From: Octopus sinensis | Taxonomy: Eukaryota | Assembly (NCBI RefSeq): GCF_006345805.1 | Contig: NC_042997.1 | Coordinates: 2,232,001 to 2,296,000, forward strand | DNA: 64,000 nucleotides | Reading direction: 5' to 3' | Part shown: in pieces, positions 59,337 through 64,000 of the stretch | How the letters are laid out: every line of letters starts with the position of its first letter | How positions within the stretch are numbered: position 1 is the first letter of the stretch | Notes under the pieces: model-generated | What the model saw: the letters and a program-made list of their open reading frames with translations, nothing else | The model's database searches: none | What the model was told of the DNA's origin: nothing | Program-made: the position numbers and the translations under genes

Positions 59337-59374
59337 CTGTCTGATGAACGGCAACGAGAAACTCAGAGTAACAG
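59337..59374 (+). ncRNA. Minimal type I hammerhead ribozyme motif (PLE pLTR-type)
   Basis: CTGT-CTGATGA-a-CG-gcaa-CG-a-GAAA-CT-cag-AG-TA-ACAG. Stem I CTGT/ACAG is perfect, the core is intact and the cleavage triplet is GUA (after 59370). AATAAA and (TA)n follow downstream. Confidence 0.75.
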
Positions 59375-59447
59375 ATTTTGTTGAATTTTCTGCTGCTTAA
59401 AATAAAGTATATATATATATATTATATATATATATATATATATACGT

Positions 59448-60060
59448 ATATTTGTTGGTTGCCAACTAACTTGCCACCGATTTTTAAATTTTGTAATCTA
59501 TATTTTCGAGAATTCTATGTTTGAATCATTTGGAATATATTTGGTTTCATTTTCTTGTTAATTTTAGTTCATTTTTGTTTATTTTCAGATCATTAAAGTG
59601 AAATGTCAAGTTCAGAAAAACGAGCATTTTCGACACCTCATCCTTTTTGATTTTAATCAAGGTTCTAACGCGGCAAAAGTTGCTCGCCACATTTGTTCTG
59701 TGTATAGAGAGGAAGCCATAGCTGAAGGAACCGCTGGTGTTTTGGATGAGAAGTGCTGCCACACTCGCCGTACTCTCCTGATTTGGCACCATCGCATTTC
59801 CACGTGTTTCAATCTCTTTCAAATGCTATGCGCTGAGTTTCGTTCAATACTGATGCAGAATTGAGAGCTTGGTTGAATCAACTTTTCGAGTCGAAATCGG
59901 GTGATTTCTACTAACGAGGTATCGAAAATCTTGTTGAGATTTGGGAAGAAGTTGTAAACAAAATGGGTGAATACATTATTGATTAATTAGTTGTTATTTT
60001 TTATAAAACCTTTTAAAACATATTAATTTAAAAAGCGACGGCAACTTAGTAACCAACCCA

Positions 60061-60063
<3 letters not shown>
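59448..60063 (+). mobile_element. Mariner deletion derivative (MITE-like) with TIRs in (TA)n
   Basis: HFRHLILFDFNQGSNAAKVARHICSVY (HTH) fused to HSPYSPDLAPS and WEEVVNKMGEYII. TIRs ttgttggttgccaactaacttgcc / ggcaacttagtaaccaacccaa. Confidence 0.85.
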
Positions 60064-60125
<62 letters not shown>

Positions 60126-60333
60126 TGTTTGTCCTTCCAACATCGCTTGACAATTGATGCTGGTGTGTAACCTAGCGTTCCCTGTTACCTAGCGTTTCGG
60201 CAAAAGTGACCGATAGCATGGGTACTAGGGTAATATGTCCTGAGGTCGATTTGCTCGACTAAAGGCGGTGCTCGAGCATGGCTGCAGTCAGATGAATGAA
60301 ACAAATAAAGGATTAAAATAATGTATATGAAGG

Positions 60334-60374
<41 letters not shown>

Positions 60375-60437
60375 AAATATAGATATATATGTGTGAGTGT
60401 GTGTGTGTGTGTATGCATGCATAATTATGTGTGTGTG

Positions 60438-60760
60438 AGGGCGCGTGGTTTAGTGGTTAGGGCATTCGGCTCATGATCGTAAGGTTGTGAGTTCGATTCC
60501 CGGCGACGCGTTGTGTCCTTGAGCAAGACACTTTATTTCACGTTCCTCCAGTCCACTCAGCTGGCAAAAATGAGTTGTACTTGTATTTCAAAGGGTCAGC
60601 CTTGTCACTCTCTGTGTCACGCTGATTATCCCCGAGAACTACGTTAAGGGTACACGTGTCTGTGGAATGCTCAGCCATTTGCACGTTAATTTCACGAGCA
60701 AGCTGTTCCGTTGATCGTATCAGCTGGGACCCTCGTCGTCGTTACCGGCGGAGTCTTTTT
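60438..60760 (+). mobile_element. Intact tRNA-derived CORE-like SINE with 16-bp TSD
   Basis: A box TGGTTTAGTGG, B box GAGTTCGATTCC and CORE-like tgtgtccttgagcaagacact. TSD taattatgtgtgtgtg at 60422-60437 and 60761-60776. Confidence 0.9.
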
Positions 60761-62054
60761 TAATTATGTGTGTGTGTGCATGTGTACTTTTTGGAGCACG
60801 CGTAATTTTTGAGAAATTCGAATACAAAGCTTGTTTGACAGGAAAGAATTAACTTGCAGAGAAGCAAGTTTGCACTTACATTTCTAAGTTTGTGGGGAAA
60901 AAAATTATTAGAATTATCGTGTGGACAACCACAACATTTATTGCAGATATATTTAATTATGATACTCAATTTGCAAGGACTAGTCTAGGTTTCAGTCCCA
61001 CCGCGGTAGATTAGGTGCGTGCTCTCTGCTATGGATTCCAGACAACCAAATTGTAGCTGAAAATGGTAGACCACAGTTGTTTGTATATATATATATATAC
61101 ACACATTCATACATACACACAAGTACATGCATGCGTGTGTGTGAGTATGTATATACATATATATATATATAATTTTCTCTCCCTGTTTGTTTCAGTGTTC
61201 CTTTCTGTGTGGAAGAGCGTAGGCTCGAAATTTTAAAGACTTTTTCACTTTCGAGCGTTATACTAATACATCTGCTTGTTGTGTACAACACTTGTCTTTG
61301 TCTTTTGCTTTTTTTGTGAGAATTCTACCCCCTATATATATATATATATATATATGAATGTATGCATTTCTGGTTTTTGTGCTTATGTTTGTCCCATACC
61401 ATTGCTTGACGATCGGTACTGGCTTTTTTTCATCTCTGTAAACTAAGGGTTCGGCAAAAGAAAACAAAATGATATAATACCAGAGTTTTACAGTTAAATG
61501 CCGGGTTAGATTTATTAGACGAAAACCTTCAAAGTTGTGCCCCAACATCGCTGCACTATCAAAACCTCAGCGAAGTAAACGATAAAAGAATACTAATCAG
61601 ATTAGGCACAAACTTTTTATGATGCTTTCAATGTTTTCTTTATTAATCTCTAATGCTCTCTGCATTGTTGTTCCTGTGTTTAAGTACAACTCCCTTACTA
61701 TACGATATGGCAAGAACAATGTCAACTGCCTTCAAAGAACTCATTTTTCCAGAAGATCAATAAAGCAATCACAGAGTATAGCGAAATCGATTCACTGCGC
61801 TTTCTCACATTATGTGATGTCTATACTTATTTCAACAATGTACACCACTAATTTTACAATGAGTGAATACAGACCTCTAAATCAACTAATGTGTATTATC
61901 AGTGTTTTGTTTCGATGCAATGTACTGATAAAAAGAACACGCTTTTACCTAATAATTTACAAAGAATAATTGTTTTATAGGATGCATTTAATCCGGGATA
62001 CCTCAATGCATCCACAGACATTCAGTGCATGCATTTCAATATATATATATATAT

Positions 62055-62086
<32 letters not shown>

Positions 62087-62418
62087 ATATACACATATGA
62101 ACATTAAAGTTTGTTATTTCAATAAGTTCAGTTATTCTTTTGTCGGCAAAATATAATGAAATATCAGAAATAAACACGCATATATTTTTGAATATTCAAT
62201 AATAACTTGCCTAAAGAGAGGAGAAAAGCATATCAAAAATTTGAAGACAACGAAGCTATATAATTTGATTGGTCTTCACCAGTTCTGCGGATAGGTCATA
62301 TATTGATATTTTGGAATAGATTATAAATTTCGTGAGTGTGTGTGTGTATATGTGTGTGTATAATATAAGTGGAAATATGAATGTGTGTGTGCATGTATTG
62401 ATATATATATCTATATAT

Positions 62419-62488
<70 letters not shown>

Positions 62489-64000
62489 TATATATAAGTA
62501 TATATAAGTATATATGCATGTATATGGTCATGAGAACAAAATTGTAGTATTGTGATGACTGTATGTGCTGCTTCGTAATATTTACCTTTTGTTGGTAATG
62601 TTGTAACGCACATTAATAATAAATACTATTCGTTAATTCAAATAGAATTGTAGAGTTCAATCTTCCGATGTCCTCTCTATAGTATAAATGGAACAAAGAA
62701 TAAATTACAGAATATATAGTAACAAGGAAAGAAGCGGAGAATAGAATATGAGATGGATCAAAGCAGCAATGTTGTCATATTAGAATTTATGTCGTAGTTA
62801 GATGCTTTGCTGCCAACACTTTAGGATATAATGCGCATCAAAAAGGAAGCAATACGTGAAGCGTATATCGGAGAATAGAGAAATAACGTTAATGAAAGGA
62901 GACGTGTGTACCAAATAGTTTATTGTATGTTATAAAGAATAACAGACCACAGTAATATTCGAAAGATTTAACATTCTATTAAATCCTAATTACAATTTTG
63001 AAACTTGTTCTGTATCTTTCTTTCACCTTATTGAAATTCAGACCTTTTCACCTCCATGAATATCACTGATATTAAATCCAATTCGACCAAGAATAAGTGT
63101 GATTAATTAAATATTTATATGCAAAGGGATTTGACTTCTAGATTGCATGTCGAATACATGCAGAGGTAAAATTTAATATTAATTGCATTCCACACAAGCG
63201 TTCACATATACAAGTCGATTAGATGTACAATCACTACAGCGGTATATACTCAACTATGGTGTTGTGCATTTATATACATAAATTAGTAGACATTTCTATA
63301 TATGTATAAATTGAACTCAGTTAACATAGTCATTGTTTATGTTATTGCATATATATTGTGAACTAGTGTAAAGAATTCACACATACTGAAAGATGATTGC
63401 ATATATTTCAGCACAATACTTACACACACAGATGAATAAATTTCAGTATTGATATTGCTTGCAGTTATTGCCTTGTATGTGACGGTGATCAAATGGAATC
63501 TATCCTCTTTTATTGGTGCTAATCAAATATGACAACAAATAAACTCACAGACACAGTTATTGAACTTCCCACGTCAGTAAAATATATTACAACTTCAGTT
63601 CTAGATTTCAATTGCAGACCCATAGAAACGTTTGTTATTGGTTTTGATTCTGAAAAACCTCAGCGGCTGTTTTTCATTGCTTCTCTGAAAGTATGTTGTT
63701 CATATAGAAAATTGGGAATTTCCAATTTTGTGATTGCTGAACAGTGATATAGGTTCATATAATAACAATGGTGTTATTTACTAAAGGTTATCTTTCAATC
63801 ATCGTCAAGATTATTATATTTACTATGTTGATTTATTTAGCTACGGTGAATTGAGGCTGATATGAGGATAGAACACAGTGGAACAATAATATTGAGGGGA
63901 AAAAAGCGATAGTTCCATCAAATGGAGAATTTTGACATGTCTGGTTCACAAATAATTTGTACAAAAACATAATTATATACAATGGAATATACAGTGGAAT

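Noticed and set aside
60438-60510. tRNA gene
   Set aside because: The tRNA-like head runs into a CORE-like body and tail bounded by a TSD, so it is a SINE.
62600-64000. Host exons in the non-repetitive AT-rich stretches (also 6500-8200, 32100-34900)
   Set aside because: No ORF with recognisable protein motifs. Small exons cannot be excluded without RNA-seq or homology search.

Overview
This is an AT-rich eukaryotic (animal) genomic window with no recognisable host protein-coding exon, so it is probably intronic or intergenic. The tRNA-headed SINEs and the extreme (TA)n/(AAT)n/(CA)n load resemble octopus repeats; that assignment is from recall and was not searched. Almost all ORF-track entries are microsatellite artefacts. 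The real content falls into five groups. (1) A young, 5'-truncated RLE-type non-LTR retrotransposon (R4/Dong-like; RT + CCHC + RHD + PD-(D/E)xK) at about 44047-46590, with several more 3' fragments. Nearly all sit in or beside (AAT)n tracts and some are stacked head-to-tail. (2) Penelope-like element (PLE) remnants: a decayed Naiad-like ORF at about 41400-43300 and several fold-back or tandem pLTR-like units in (TA)n tracts, several carrying minimal hammerhead-ribozyme motifs (best formed at 59337-59374). (3) Decayed CR1-group LINE, Tc1/mariner and Helitron helicase fragments. (4) Many SINEs, one with a 16-bp target-site duplication. (5) An unexplained 1.2-kb composite of GAAAATTTTC palindrome-rich DNA with two 32-bp tandem arrays (20090-21270). 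All alignments and folds were done by eye, so boundaries are approximate.
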